64,000 bases of DNA, taken from the NCBI GenBank assembly GCA_964019335.1, contig OZ025660.1, positions 310,001 through 374,000 on the forward strand, written 5' to 3'. Origin of the DNA: Diplonema japonicum. Its lineage: Eukaryota > Protista > Euglenozoa: Diplonemea. Numbering within the stretch: position 1 is the first letter of the stretch; every line of letters starts with the position of its first letter. A program made the translations under genes and the position numbers. The notes beneath the pieces were generated by a model, which searched no databases, had not been told where the DNA came from, and saw only the letters and a list, made by a program, of their open reading frames with translations. Shown here piece after piece: positions 43,891-56,500 of the stretch.

Positions 43891-44787
43891 TCAACGGGAC
43901 GCGTTCCAGCGTCGTCTGGCGGCTTCGGCGGCCTCGCGGCGAGCATGCTCGTCGCGTGCGGGGTGCACGGGGTGCGAGGCGGGGGGTGGGGGGCGGTCGT
44001 CGTTGCGGTGGTCATCAAAAGGCTGGTTTTGGAAGTTACGCAGGTTCTGCTGATAACTACGGTAGACCGACACACAGCCCATCACAACCTTGTCAGTGAC
44101 AGCTTCAATTGCTGTGGCAGCAGGACGAAGAAGCCCCTCTGCGTAAAGCAACCCAGCCAAGATCCCACTTAAATGCGACATGAACGACGTCCCAGGATGC
44201 AAAAAATGAATAAACACCAGCTCCGCCCACACAACATACTTCCCCTGAACCGAGAACAACCCAAAGAACACGTCATGCATCCTGTCACTGTGCAATGTGG
44301 TCATCACCTTCATCCCAAACAACACCCCAGAGAACCCAACAGCACATTCCCTCCACAGACCCCAGCGGTCCATATTCGTCTCCAGCAACGCCCAGACAAA
44401 GCCCATGTGGATAACTGGTGTGAGAATTACCAGCAAGATCACCATTGCGAGGAATCGCGATGTTCCCAGTTGCCGCTCAAGGTTGTACCCCTTCCATGTG
44501 AAGGATGACATGTTGTATGCCAAGTGCCAGTCGTTTGCATGTATGAAAGCATATGTCAACAGCCTCCTGTAGTCCCCTCCGAGGACTACAGCGTCGTAGC
44601 TCAGGCACCCTTTCCACGTGCCGAAAGCAGTAAAATCGGTGAGGAATAAGCCTACATTCGCGGCCAGAATAGAAAGTGTCACTCCTGGTATGTTTTCCAA
44701 ACCGAGGCGCTGGACTTGAGCGAAAAGCATCAGCAAGCCTAGGCCCCCGCGACCTCCGCCTCGTCGGTTCATTTGAGGCATGAACAT
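43891..44787 (-). CDS. Rhomboid protease, RHBDD1/RHBDL4-like
   Basis: H..DWHL.YNM.S, AVGFSGVLF (catalytic Ser) and SF..HL.GIL.G (catalytic His). Confidence 0.88.
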   Translation of the reverse strand: MFMPQMNRRGGGRGGLGLLMLFAQVQRLGLENIPGVTLSILAANVGLFLTDFTAFGTWKGCLSYDAVVLGGDYRRLLTYAFIHANDWHLAYNMSSFTWKGYNLERQLGTSRFLAMVILLVILTPVIHMGFVWALLETNMDRWGLWRECAVGFSGVLFGMKVMTTLHSDRMHDVFFGLFSVQGKYVVWAELVFIHFLHPGTSFMSHLSGILAGLLYAEGLLRPAATAIEAVTDKVVMGCVSVYRSYQQNLRNFQNQPFDDHRNDDRPPPPASHPVHPARDEHARREAAEAARRRWNASR

Positions 44788-45319
44788 TGTATTTTTCTTT
44801 TTTTGTTTTAAGTCGCCCTTTTTGTGTGTTTGAATCGGGTGCTCTTCAAAGGAGTTAAAAAAAAGATGTAAAGAACAAAAGGGAAGGGGGGACAAAAAAA
44901 AAGAAGAGAACACGGTACAAGGATACAAAAAAAAAAAAAGAAAGAGAAAAAAAACAAGTTTTGGTCTTCAATTTGATTGAAGCGGGGATTTTACCTAATA
45001 AAATACAACTAGTTTTTTTTTTTTTTTTTTTAAAGGTCTCGACAATTATATTGTTAAAACAAACAAAAAAAAAAAGAAATGGGGCTTTGGTTGCAACACT
45101 ATTTGGCGTTAAGTGTGCAGCGTGGTGGGGGGTCTATCTTGTGTTGTTACCCTTCTGCGTCGCTGCATTTTTATCGGCAGATGGGGTGGGGATACTTCGG
45201 GTAGGTTCGAGGTAGGTCGGCACGAACTAAAGAAAGAAAGAAGAAGTGTCATATATTAAAAAATAATTATCGTTCATTGTTTTTTTTTTTTTGTTCAGCC
45301 TGTTTGTCCTTCACTTTCC

Positions 45320-46919
45320 TCACATTATAGCATACGCAGGTGAAGCGGTACTTTGGGAAAAGAAGACAGGCGCATTGAGAGGGGGTGTCTGAAACATTGG
45401 GATGGCGTGGGCGCGGGGCATTGGCACAGGGTAGTGCCGGGCAGGGAGAGGGTTTGGGCTGGACCTCTTCGGTGTCGAGAAGTAAGAGGAAGCTTCGTCC
45501 TCCAGCTCTTGCACCCTGGAGGGGGTGCCATTCACAGGGACCTGAACGAAGTTGAGTTTCAAGTTCACCTTCACAGGCTGCTGCTGCTGCCGTTGCATCT
45601 GCTGCTGTTGCATAAGCATCATTTGTTGAAACATCATTTGCTGCCACTGTGCAGTCGACCGACCACCATCGTCGTTCGTCACAGCATCTGTCCCTGCTGG
45701 CTGATCTTCGCTCTCCGCAACAAGCTCTTCCGTAATATCGCCACTCCCAGCCTTTATTATTATTTTTTTAAAACTTTTTTTAAATTTTTATAGTACCTGC
45801 TGAGAAACCGTTGTGAGATCTGGTTTTACGGGTTCAGGGATGTGCTGCGACACGGATTCCTCTAAGGGTTGTTGGGGGATATCAGGCTCCTCATGGTCGA
45901 GGGGGTTCTGTTAATTATAAAAAAAATAAAAATAAAAACAGCATATACCCTGCTGAAAGTATAAACCAGGTCTGTCGCCCCCATCGACACACTGCCAGCA
46001 GATTGTATGTCACGAACTTCGGAATCGTTAATATGAGTGAGATACCACCCCACTACCGACCTCCCCACTGCGCCAAAGACAACACACTGAGGGTCCACAT
46101 TAGACACACGCATGGCGGGCGACAGGGTGATCCCTGTGGACTCGTTGGGGGCCTTGTGGATTTCCACGTTTACCTTGTCTGTTCCCGACCAGGGAACGTA
46201 GTTCTTCCGAAATGTCTCCTTCAACCCACTCCTATAAGGCGAGGTACTCGCCTCAGGGCTGTCCTTCCACTTCCGAAGCTTTTCGGTGGGACGCTCATAC
46301 TAAATGGTATAAAAAGGGGTATAAATATATTCATACCTTTGGAGGTTTCTTCTTACGAGTACCCTCCGTAATATCCGCTTTGGGCGGAAGGTAATCAATT
46401 TGGATCAACCTCTCCGTCGAAGCCCAGACTAAGTACTGTAAAAAGAAATTTTTTATATAAAAAAGTAAAAAAGTAAAAAAAAAAAAAAAAAAAAAATACC
46501 TTTAAAATCTCGCAAACTTCAGGGGGGGTTAAATTGCTGGGGACGTCCTTCGCAGATGATAGCAACACGAAGTGCATATCTGGGTCGGTCGTCATGCTGT
46601 GGTTCATCATGATCAAGATTTCGGGGCCCTTCTCCGGTTTTGTTTGCAGGCGGACCCTTGCGATGTGCTCGATTTGAATGACCCTTTCAATGCCGCCCTT
46701 CTCCGTAAGCTGGCAGATCCAGTTGTGAGTGCTGACCATCAAGCGCGGCTTGCGGGAGATTGAATTTTTCGAACTGACTTTATAAACCTGCCTGTGAAAA
46801 AAAACCCTCGTCAGAAATGAATATGCAGGGTTAGCAAGCACAGCAGTGAAACGCCTGCCCGGGTACTGCGGCGACCCATCTGTCGGGTCGCGGACAACTT
46901 GTGCACTGCTCATGGACAT
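45320..46919 (-). CDS. Multi-exon hypothetical protein with PH-like N-terminus, PDZ-like domain and Gln-rich tail
   Basis: ORFs 46395-46919, 45862-46224 and 45320-45682 are separated by short GT-AG introns. The 3' end is uncertain. Confidence 0.5.
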
Positions 46920-47056
46920 TGCATCGTTCAGGGGGTTACAGGGGGGGTTTTTTTTCTTCCTCTTCTTCTTTTTTTTTTTATTCTCCCTCGCTCACCTGAG
47001 AATTTTTAAAAAATGTTGTATAAAAAAAAAGGGGGAAAAAAAAATTCGATTTTTGT

Positions 47057-47974
47057 TTACAACATAACGTCTAACGAAAGCCCGTCGTAAGCAAGCTGCA
47101 CATCGCAAGGCAAATCTGTTAAAGCACGCAGTTTTTCGTTCATCGAATGATGCTCGATGTTGCAGCTCATCCCTACAAGAAACGCGTTCTTCGACGGCCT
47201 CAACCGCCTGATAAGATCCAACGCCTGCGACACAGAATAATGCGACGGCCGCTCGAACTCCGCAATCGCATCTACAATAAGAGTTGATACCCCCGCCGCC
47301 TCCAATATCTCCATTGTTTCATTAGGCACACATGACACATCAGAAATGTATGCAACCACCTCAGAGGAACCAAAGAGAAAGCCGAGTGAGATGTAACCCT
47401 TCCCGTGCTCCACGTCTAGAGGTGTTATTGGGACGGATGCAAAATTCGGCGGGGTGAAGGGAACATTGTGCTTAACGAGGTTTGCCTCCAATTTCCCCGC
47501 CAGGGTTTTGAACTCCTCCGACGAGAACAGGTACGGGAACATTATTTTTGCGGTGTCGAGAGCCTTTTGATTTCCGTACAGTGGTAGGTGTGTGTCGATG
47601 GTCCATGTGCCTGGTGGGCAGGAGGCTGATTGGACTTCGCGTAAACAGTCCAATGACAGCAAAGCGTCGTTGTGGTCGTGTGTAAGAACCACTGCGTCTA
47701 GCTTGTCTACTTTGAGCTTTGGGAAAAACCTCATTGCCGATTCTTTGAAGCCCGGCCCGCAATCGATCAGCATTCTTCCTTTCCCTTCGTCCACCTCAAG
47801 CAGCAGGCACGGCGGGCCTCTTCGGTGCACGGACATAGGATCCGCTGCTGCAGCATTGCACACCTTACAATCGATCCCCTCCTGCATCACACACCGTAGC
47901 ATCGGGGTCCCCGTGCTTGACCCTGTCCCCATGAACGTTATTCTAGATGCCACACCCCTCGCCGCATTGTGCAT
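47057..47974 (-). CDS. Metallo-beta-lactamase fold hydrolase, PhnP-like
   Basis: FMGTGSSTG.P, LIDCG, LTHDHNDA, VEHG, AYISDVS, SH and LAYDG. Confidence 0.88.
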   Translation of the reverse strand: MHNAARGVASRITFMGTGSSTGTPMLRCVMQEGIDCKVCNAAAADPMSVHRRGPPCLLLEVDEGKGRMLIDCGPGFKESAMRFFPKLKVDKLDAVVLTHDHNDALLSLDCLREVQSASCPPGTWTIDTHLPLYGNQKALDTAKIMFPYLFSSEEFKTLAGKLEANLVKHNVPFTPPNFASVPITPLDVEHGKGYISLGFLFGSSEVVAYISDVSCVPNETMEILEAAGVSTLIVDAIAEFERPSHYSVSQALDLIRRLRPSKNAFLVGMSCNIEHHSMNEKLRALTDLPCDVQLAYDGLSLDVML

Positions 47975-48129
47975 TTCTTTTTTTTCTTTTTTTTCTTCTT
48001 CGTTGTTTTCAAAAAAAAAAGAGGAACATAAGCTACGGGGGTGAACAAAAAAAAAACTGAAATTACAATACAGAATGGAAGTGAGTAAAAAAAAAAAAAA
48101 AGGACGAAAGAAAAAGTGTAACGAGAAGG

Positions 48130-49839
48130 TCACAAGCCACCCCAGCCACCTACGCGCACCGGTGTCTCATCAAAGGAGTCATCGCCTAAGAAAGGGTCTT
48201 TGTACGCTTTGGGGGGTTCGTCTGACTCTGACTCGTCGGAGAAGTTACGCAGCGCACGTGATTTCGCCTTCGGCTTCGGTTTGAGCTTTGGTTTCGCGAA
48301 AGCAGCCGTCTGGAAGCCGAACTCGTCGTCCCGTGGCGGAGGCGGGGAGTCCTTGTGTGCTGTGCTCGACGGGCTCTCTGACACGTCTGGGTTCGCATAG
48401 TTGTACAAGGGCTTTGTCTTTGCTTGAGAAGGCTTCACTTGCACAGGTGTCTCATATGCAAACTCATCATCCGTGCCTGCTGCTTTGGGAGCAGAGGCAG
48501 GTGCACTGTCTGATTCACCAAACTCATCGTCATCGAAATTCCGCAATGCCTTCTTCGGCTTAGGTTGCTGAGCAACCTGCACCTGCGAAGCCTTTGGCTG
48601 TCCCGCCGTAGGTATGTCAAAATCAAACTCATCCTCGCTCTCCTTCCCCCCGCCCTTGGGCCCTGTGGCAGGCGCACTGTCCGAGTCTCCGAACTCATCG
48701 TCGCCGTAGTTCCGCAGCGCACGCTTTGCCACCGGCTTGGCTGCCTGCTTCGGGGGGCTCTTCGACACAGTCCGCGAGAATTCTTCTGCTGAGAAGCTGA
48801 TCACATCGCTTGTCGCCCGCCTGGTCGCCTCTTTTGACTCTACTTCACGTGGCGCTTCTGGGGCTGCCTTTTTCACCAAGACTGGGCTAGGACTAGGACC
48901 AGGATTAGAATTGGGATTAGGACTGGGATGGTTAGGGTTCATGTTTTTCACAGGGCTTTTCTCTTTAGGGACATGGTGACTGTTGCTGCTGCTGCTGCTG
49001 CTCCTCTCACTGGGGGCAACAGATATCTTTCGGGCAGGCATCTGTTCTCTTTGCAGCTCCTTGAACACGGACGAGACCTCATGTTCCGTGGCTTCGTCGC
49101 CTGCCGCCCTGATGGGGCTCTCGCTGGGTGTGGTCGGCGGCTTCGACCTCCTGAGCTTCTCGGAAAATGTGTGCTGCTCGCTGTAGCGGGGCTTCCAGAT
49201 GTCCTCTTGTTTGTCGTGGGTGAGGGGTTCGGTCTTGGTTTCGTGGTAAACCCGGTGAGGCGGCGGGTCATGCGGGAGGCGGTAGTCGTGGAAGGGTTGG
49301 TGGGATTGGAGTTTGCTTTCTATTTGCCGGTTTCGGGTTTCCTGAATTTCACGGTGCATCGCTGCCATCTCGTTCTCCATCATTTTAAGGCGAAGGTCTT
49401 CTACGCGATCGTCGTTGGCACTGCTGCGCCGTGCGGGGTGCGTGCTGGCTGCACTGACAGCTTCAGTTAAGATGGTTTTGATGGAGGACAGCATTGCAGA
49501 GTTCCCTCTCTCGACTTCTTCGCGCACTTGTTGCCTAGTGGTGTCGGCGATGTCCAACATCCTCCTCTCCATGTCTCGCATTTCCTTCTTCAGCTCAAAC
49601 AAATCCCTAGCAAGGTCTTGTAGCAGTCCTGTTTGGATCCTTGCTTCATGGTGTGTGTCGCTGTGGTCTATCGTGAACGCATCTCGTTTAGCATGATGGT
49701 GATGACGCTCAGGTGGGCCCAACTCCTTCAACAGCTCGTCGGTTTTGGCGTTGAACGTTTGTGCTCCTATCCCGTCGTTTGTATCTTTAAAGAGATATCT
49801 AGCGTGCAGCATTTGCATTTTTCTTTTTTCCCCCTCCAC
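48130..49839 (-). CDS. Hypothetical coiled-coil/low-complexity protein
   Basis: 569-aa ORF with an N-terminal coiled coil and repeated ALRN(Y/F)...DDEFG motifs. Confidence 0.65.
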   Translation of the reverse strand: MEGEKRKMQMLHARYLFKDTNDGIGAQTFNAKTDELLKELGPPERHHHHAKRDAFTIDHSDTHHEARIQTGLLQDLARDLFELKKEMRDMERRMLDIADTTRQQVREEVERGNSAMLSSIKTILTEAVSAASTHPARRSSANDDRVEDLRLKMMENEMAAMHREIQETRNRQIESKLQSHQPFHDYRLPHDPPPHRVYHETKTEPLTHDKQEDIWKPRYSEQHTFSEKLRRSKPPTTPSESPIRAAGDEATEHEVSSVFKELQREQMPARKISVAPSERSSSSSSNSHHVPKEKSPVKNMNPNHPSPNPNSNPGPSPSPVLVKKAAPEAPREVESKEATRRATSDVISFSAEEFSRTVSKSPPKQAAKPVAKRALRNYGDDEFGDSDSAPATGPKGGGKESEDEFDFDIPTAGQPKASQVQVAQQPKPKKALRNFDDDEFGESDSAPASAPKAAGTDDEFAYETPVQVKPSQAKTKPLYNYANPDVSESPSSTAHKDSPPPPRDDEFGFQTAAFAKPKLKPKPKAKSRALRNFSDESESDEPPKAYKDPFLGDDSFDETPVRVGGWGGL

Positions 49840-49927
49840 CCCCCTCCCACACCCTTCTGCCTGTGATAAAATTAACGTGAAATTACATGAAGTTTACGCA
49901 TGGGACACGAATACTTAACAAATTGTT

Positions 49928-49964
<37 letters not shown>

Positions 49965-50062
49965 ATTTTGTTTTTTTTTTTTGGTTTTTTTCTTTCATTC
50001 ATTTTTTTCTTTTGTTCGGGTGTTTTAAAAGACAGAAAAATAATACTATACTACGCTTTCTT

Positions 50063-50096
<34 letters not shown>

Positions 50097-50703
50097 AGGA
50101 AAACTGAGGAATACAGATAATTCTTTTTTTTTCACCTTCACCTTTGCAGAGCACTAGTATGACACGAGGAAGAAAAAAAAAAGAAAAAAAAAAAACAAGA
50201 CAGAAAGAGTAGGAGGGTGAATTCGCAAGTAAGATTTATACATTGTGCAAAAACATTCCACCAACTGCCAGGTGAACACGAGACTGTGGGGGGGAAAAGT
50301 TTCTTTTTTTTTGGCAGCTGTGTTGTTTCTTTTCTTTTTTTTTTCTCCCCTCCATTCTTTAATTCTCTTTTCGTTCCCCTGTTTAAAAAAAGAAAAGGGG
50401 TGAAAAGAGAACCGAATGAAATGCACGAAGAAAAAAAAAAAGAAGAAGATAAAAAAAAAAAAAAACTTCAACAGACTGTCAGAAGGGTTCCAAACACGGA
50501 ACAAAAAAATGTACCGAACTACAACAAAGAGAAATATATAAAAATAAATAAATAAAAAAAACACACATCCCTTCTGGTCAGGGAACAACCCACGCCCTTT
50601 TTATTTTCTGTTTTTTCTTTATATATACCATGAGAAGTTTCCCTAAAAAACAAAATACGATATTTATTTCAAGGTTTTCTTAAAGTCTTTTTTTTTTTTA
50701 TTT

Positions 50704-51277
50704 CACTCTTCAGAAATTACTTCACGCACTGGGGGGCCCATTACTTCACGCTAAATCTCATTACTTCACGGTGAAATAATGGCCTGTTTTCCGTGAAGTA
50801 ATACCGTTAAATAATATGCCTCGGTAGGCCAATTTTTGCCTCGGTTCGGTTCCCAGTGGGGCTACTTTTTCCTCTCAGTTTGCTATTTCCCCCCAGGTTC
50901 AGCTCAATTGGCCAACTTTTGCCTCGGCTCAGTTCCAAGTTGGACTACTTTTTCCTCCCAATTTGCCCACTTTTGGCTAGGCCTTGTTCCCAGTTTCTGG
51001 GGGTAACTCTTCTGTGGGTAAGGGTAACTTAGTCAGCTTACCCAAGCACCCCAAAAGACTTCAAAATACCGAAGCAGCAGAAAAAAAGGAGCCAGCGGCC
51101 GCGCTAGGTATGGGAAGGCCTAATTAGAGATGGTGACAGTGGCAATGCCAGCGACAGCGGCAGCTCTTAGTCAACAAAAGGAGGAAAAACAACTTGTATT
51201 GTAACCTTTGTAACCCCTCTCTTGTTGTACCCCTTGTCACCCTGTTGTGCCCCTCGTGGTGAAGTAATTTCAGAGTG
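50704..51277. mobile_element. MITE-like element with CACTC-starting imperfect TIRs
   Basis: Left CACTCTTCAGAAATTACTTCAC; right GTGAAGTAATTTCAGAGTG. Three subterminal ATTACTTCACG copies and internal ggccaa.tttt.gcctcgg repeats. No clear TSD. Confidence 0.55.
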
Positions 51278-51417
51278 TCGTGAAATAAAACCACTTACCT
51301 ACCGCCAAGTAATGCTTTACCGACCTCGAGGTAACGGTAAAGTCATTACTTGTTGGCAGTAAATAGCTATTATTTTGCACTCTTTTTTTTATTTCGATTC
51401 ACCCGTTCCACCACACG

Positions 51418-51452
<35 letters not shown>

Positions 51453-51456
51453 GTTC

Positions 51457-52037
51457 TCAATCGACGTTATCGCTGATGCTGAGCATCTCTACACCACCAA
51501 GGGGCAATGGGGAAGGAGACACGGGGTCCCTTGCAAAGTCTTCAAAATCACCGTTGATATGAATAATCCAGCATATAAACACAGCCACGGCAACCAGAAG
51601 AAAGCCAGATCCCGCCAAGGCGAAGAGGGTCACCTTGAGATCACAAGGATACTTGTCAATGAGAGCGCCAAGGACGATGGGCCCCCCGATAGAACCAATG
51701 ACCTTGGCTGCTAGGTTGTTGAGGCCCAAGGCGAGCTCCCTGTCATGTTCCAAGACAACACGTTCCATAGAGGTGATGATGGGGGCAACGGATACAAACA
51801 CCACGAACAGTGCCAGTACGAAAAACACCGCGAAAACCTCAAATGTAGGGCTCAGCGCTGCCGTGCACAGGAATATCGACAACCCACTGCTCGTCCATGC
51901 GAGGAGCGTCATCCCCCTCACACCCCACCCATAGTGTTTTGACAACCACCCGCCGCATACGGAGCCCAAGAACATTGCAGGTATCATACAGGCCAACACA
52001 AGGTTCGCCACACTTTTTGTCTGACCGTGGGCTTCCT

Positions 52038-52068
<31 letters not shown>

Positions 52069-53341
52069 GAAAAAACCATACATGAACTGCGTTAAAAACG
52101 TCGACACCCCATCCACAACAAACTGGTCTGCCGCGCTTGCGAGCACCAAACACATATACCCTTTTTTATTTTTTTTATTTTTTTTTTTAATTGTTGTGCA
52201 TACGCGGGTTGCACACCAACCTCCATATTTGATCCTTCATCGCCTCGGATTGCTGCACCGGTTTCAAAGCCGCTTCGTTCTCTTCTGGCCGCTGTTCGAT
52301 GGAGATCGCAACTGCGTTAGCAGACGTGAGCCTTCGAAGCGACTGCACGCTTGTCTTCAGCTTATCACCATCAAGCTGTATACTTATAGGGATACCAGGA
52401 AACGACATTTCCTTGACTTTTATGAGCACCTCCGACACATGGTAATAAGTCTGCTGGAACTCGAGGGTTAAAAACCCAGACTCGGGGGGTGTGGTGAGCT
52501 TCCAGGGCTCGTTACAAGGTGTTACACCAGATACACTTTCAGAATCGTAAACTTGGTATTTCGCCAAGTGCTCTGGGTACCTCATCCTGCTACAAGCCAA
52601 CGCCACCGCCGGGATAAGGTTCAAAGCAGCCATGATGAGGTATGGCACGATCTGAAGCATCCCGAAGCAGGTCTCGTTGTTTGTCGATTCATCCCATGTT
52701 AGTGTGGGAGTGATGGACATGGTGGGCGATAGAGGCACGTCTTTATTGCATAGAACGTCGGTTGTTGACTTGCAGTTGTTGTTGGCGAAAGGGATGAAAA
52801 TTACAATGCCGATGACAACCCCGAACGCGATGGAGGCAAGGAGGAATGACGTGTATTTAGGAACCAACGACTTGTCAATGTCGATTTGATTATCAACATG
52901 AATGGGGCCAAGCACCGTTACTGCAGTACCACCTGCGCCCAGCATGAAATGTCCAGCTACGAAAAACGGAAGGGATTTTGAAAATGAATACCATATAGCG
53001 GATGATGACACAATGATCCCTCCTATTCCCAGCCAGGCCTGTGGGTTCTTCCTTCCGACTAACCCAAAGGGAACGGAAGCCAAGGCAGCTGATACACCGT
53101 ACGAAGCGCTTATTAAACCTTTTTCGGTTCCCCCGAACCCGAATTCTGTCCCAATGCTCGAGATAGAGGCGATGAACAGCCCCCCAGTAATACTCGACTG
53201 GATCACTGTGAACATGACCAACCATCTGATGGTGGCTTGGAAACTGTCGATCAACCTAATCTTCCCACGGTTTTTGAACAGCCCTACATCCTCGGGGAAC
53301 ACCTTGTGTTGCGTGGATTCCTTCTCATCCACCTCTTTCAT
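51457..53341 (-). CDS. MFS transporter, OATP/SLCO-like (two short introns near 52025-52200)
   Basis: SIGTEFGF...EKGLISASY and LALGL....KVIGSIGGPIVLGALID motifs; multiple TM helices. Confidence 0.75.
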
Positions 53342-53556
53342 TTTTTTCTTCTTCTTTTTCTCGCGTTCTTTCTTTCTTTTTTTTTTCTTTTTCTTTTTTA
53401 TCGCATTTCGGTACGTGTGTTTTCTTTTTTCCCTCTTTTTTTTTTCTTTTTCCCTCTCCTGTTTTTCTTTTTTGATGGTGGTGTAAAAAGAGAACAACAA
53501 AGGGGGTATTGGGTTTTTATATAAATTTGGGTATTGTGTAAATCTTTGTTTTTTTT

Positions 53557-56500
53557 TTAATAATAATCATCATCATCCTCCTCCAGCTCAGTTGTCGCTT
53601 CTTTGTAGTATTCCTCGACTGTCATGATATCTTCCGCAGCCTCCAGGAACTGCTGCTCCTCGCTCCCACTCTCTTGATAGTAATGGACAAACGCGCGCTT
53701 TGCGTAGAGCGTCTTCCACTTCTTGTGAATTGTAGACAACGTTGAAGTAACGGCAGAGGTGTTGCTCAGCATAGTAAGAGACTTGTCAAACTTCTGGAGG
53801 TACCCTGCAGGGAGGTTCCCTGGTGCCTGTTTGCTGACGGCCATTTTCAAGCACGACTGCCAACTGGACTCCAGCCCCGCTGCCTTCAACCGTTCACAAC
53901 TCTTATTGGCAACGCCTTCACTGATATTGCCTCTGTATTGAAGATGCCCTCCTAACAACTTACCCCTCCCCTTCGTCGACACCAATGCAGTGTGCGAAAC
54001 GGCTTTTGTAAGACTCGCCACTGTGGGGTCCCCGCTGAACTCGTAGTACTTACTAAGAAGCGGTGCATAGGAGGGAACGATCTGATGCAGCATCGGGTAG
54101 GGGACAAGGTTGGTCTCCAAGGTGGCCAGGTCGATCCTGTTCGAGACCGCTGGGAAGCGGAAGGAACAAGTGACGGCCGCGTTGACTTGCGCTATGAGCC
54201 GGTTCAGGTCCACGTACGAGATGTCCGGGACCTTCATGGTCGGCGCGGCAAGGAGGCGATAAATCGCTTGGTTGTCAAACACAACTGTGAAGGTAGTGTC
54301 ACGAAGCATCATCCCCGCAGCGAGCATTGCGTTGTACGGCTCCACCACTGACGTCGACACCTCCGGCGATGGGAAAATACAATAATTCTGCACACGTGCC
54401 TTTGGGTAGTGCGACGCCATTTTTTTGAGCAGCTTGCATGCCACCCCGCTCCCAACACCGCCCCCGATGGCGTGGTGCATTTGAAACCCAAGAATCACGT
54501 CCAGTTCCTCAGCTTGTCTTCTCATTTCCTCTGCGGCGCCTGTCACTAAGTAGTCCGTGTAGATGCTTTCCGCACGTGAGAAGGTCGCGCATGAACCTTT
54601 CCCTGCCAGGAATGAACGGTCTTGAAACCCGTACCCGTTCAAGGAGGCTTTGATGGTTTCGGGTGGTGTGGGGTCTGTGTCGATAAACAGCCCACGTGGG
54701 ACACGTTCTCCAGACGCCTTGTCTGAGAATAAGACATCCCACCCCCCCACCCCCTCCGCTTTATCCATCTCATGCTCTGCGTAGTATAGCCGCCACAGTT
54801 CTTCGCAAACTTGGCATCCTGCTTGTCCGACTCCGATTGTTATCAACCCGGACTCGTTTCCCTGTGGCGACGCAGATGCTCCCCACCAGTCTGTGTCCTG
54901 GTACGGCTCCAGGAACGTCGTGTCCCGTTGGTATTTCTTGCGTGCGGTGTTCTTCTCGTCTGCCATGTACCTCTCGTAGTGCTTCACACGTGCCTCGCTG
55001 GCCTGCAGCCCTGTCTCGAACTTCTTCACATCATACTGGAGGTTCGCTATTTGCTGGTCTTGTTCTTGAACACGGCACCATCTTTGATAGAACTCCTCGT
55101 GCGGTCCCATGTACAGGTATGATCGGAACTCCGTATTGTACTCCGCTTCCGTGAAGTTATCTGAAACGGTTGTACGTGTATAGAACCGTCTGTTGCCGAT
55201 GTCCTCGTGCATGCGTGAACGGAAAGTCTCGCGTAAGGTCACTTTTTTGTTGTTTTTGCGTTCAGGGGCTGCTTCAAGTGCGGTTTCTGCTTCTGCTTGA
55301 GGTGATTCCCGTTCTTCAGCTTCTTGCGCCAGTTCTGTGTCCTCTTCTTCTTCTTCTTCTGTAGGGATGTCGGGCAGCACTTCCTCGTAGTGATTCACGT
55401 CGTAGCTCAGCACGCAGCTGTCATCAAGGTTAGGGCTGGGCCCTGTTCGCAGTACTGTGCCCAGTTCCACAGGAATCACAAAAGGCGTCTCGTTGGTAAC
55501 TACCTCGGGAACTCTCTTGTTCTTCATGCGACGCATGATCTTGGTGAAGGTGTCGAGGTCTGGGTCCCTCGCCTGGCCCTCCTCTTCCCCATCCAAGTAC
55601 CCCTTCGCCTCGAAGAGCTCCCTGCGGTAGTCGGGGTCTTCCTCACACAGCGCAGCGTGGTACTCCTCCATGTACTCATATACAGGCTTCGGGAAGGGCA
55701 GCTCGTTACGTGGGACGTTCGCAACGATGTGTTTCTCGATCTTGGGCCAGCCCCAGTCCTGCCTCGCCATGACGTTGTCCCTGCAAGGGTCTTGCATCCA
55801 CTGCAGACCTCCCCACGTCAGGATCGTACGATTGACAGGCTCCCACCTGTCCCACATCGGGTCCCTGTCGATGCCGCGCATTGCCGTGTCGGTTAGCCGC
55901 CACAGCTTCGTGGCCTCATCCCAAGCTATGACTGGGAAGCTGTTCACCCTCACGGGGCTGACTTGCAGAAATTTCATCTCATTGCCCTCCCTCTTATAAA
56001 CGCCGTTCATGTGTGCAGTGGTGGACCGCAGCCCTGTCACCTCCACAGCTGCGAGGTTGCTTAGCTGGTACACCTGCAATGATTCCAGAAAGGGGGCGTG
56101 CTCTTTGAACTGCTCCAACGTAATGTCCTTTCGCCAAGACATCTCCTGCGCGATGAGGGCGGCCTGCTTGGAGAGAAGCTTCCTATCGTTCTCTTCAAAA
56201 AACTGGACCCACCTGAAGGCATCGGAGACCTCCAAGCCTATCATCGACCCGCACTTCACAAGGTCGATCAGTGCAGCTGGGTCGGAGTCAGATTGGTACC
56301 TGGCAATGTATTCCAATACACCTGAAGTGGTTTTTTCGCTCAGTTTCTGGAGGAGGTGGGCGATATCAACACCTGCTTCTGTGGTGACAACGAGACCTTT
56401 GGGGTCACAACATTCTTGCAAGGCAGTCCTGTACTCGCTTTCCTCCACTGCCTGCATGATCCTGAAAATCTGCGACACGTGACGTGGCATCCTTGCCGCT

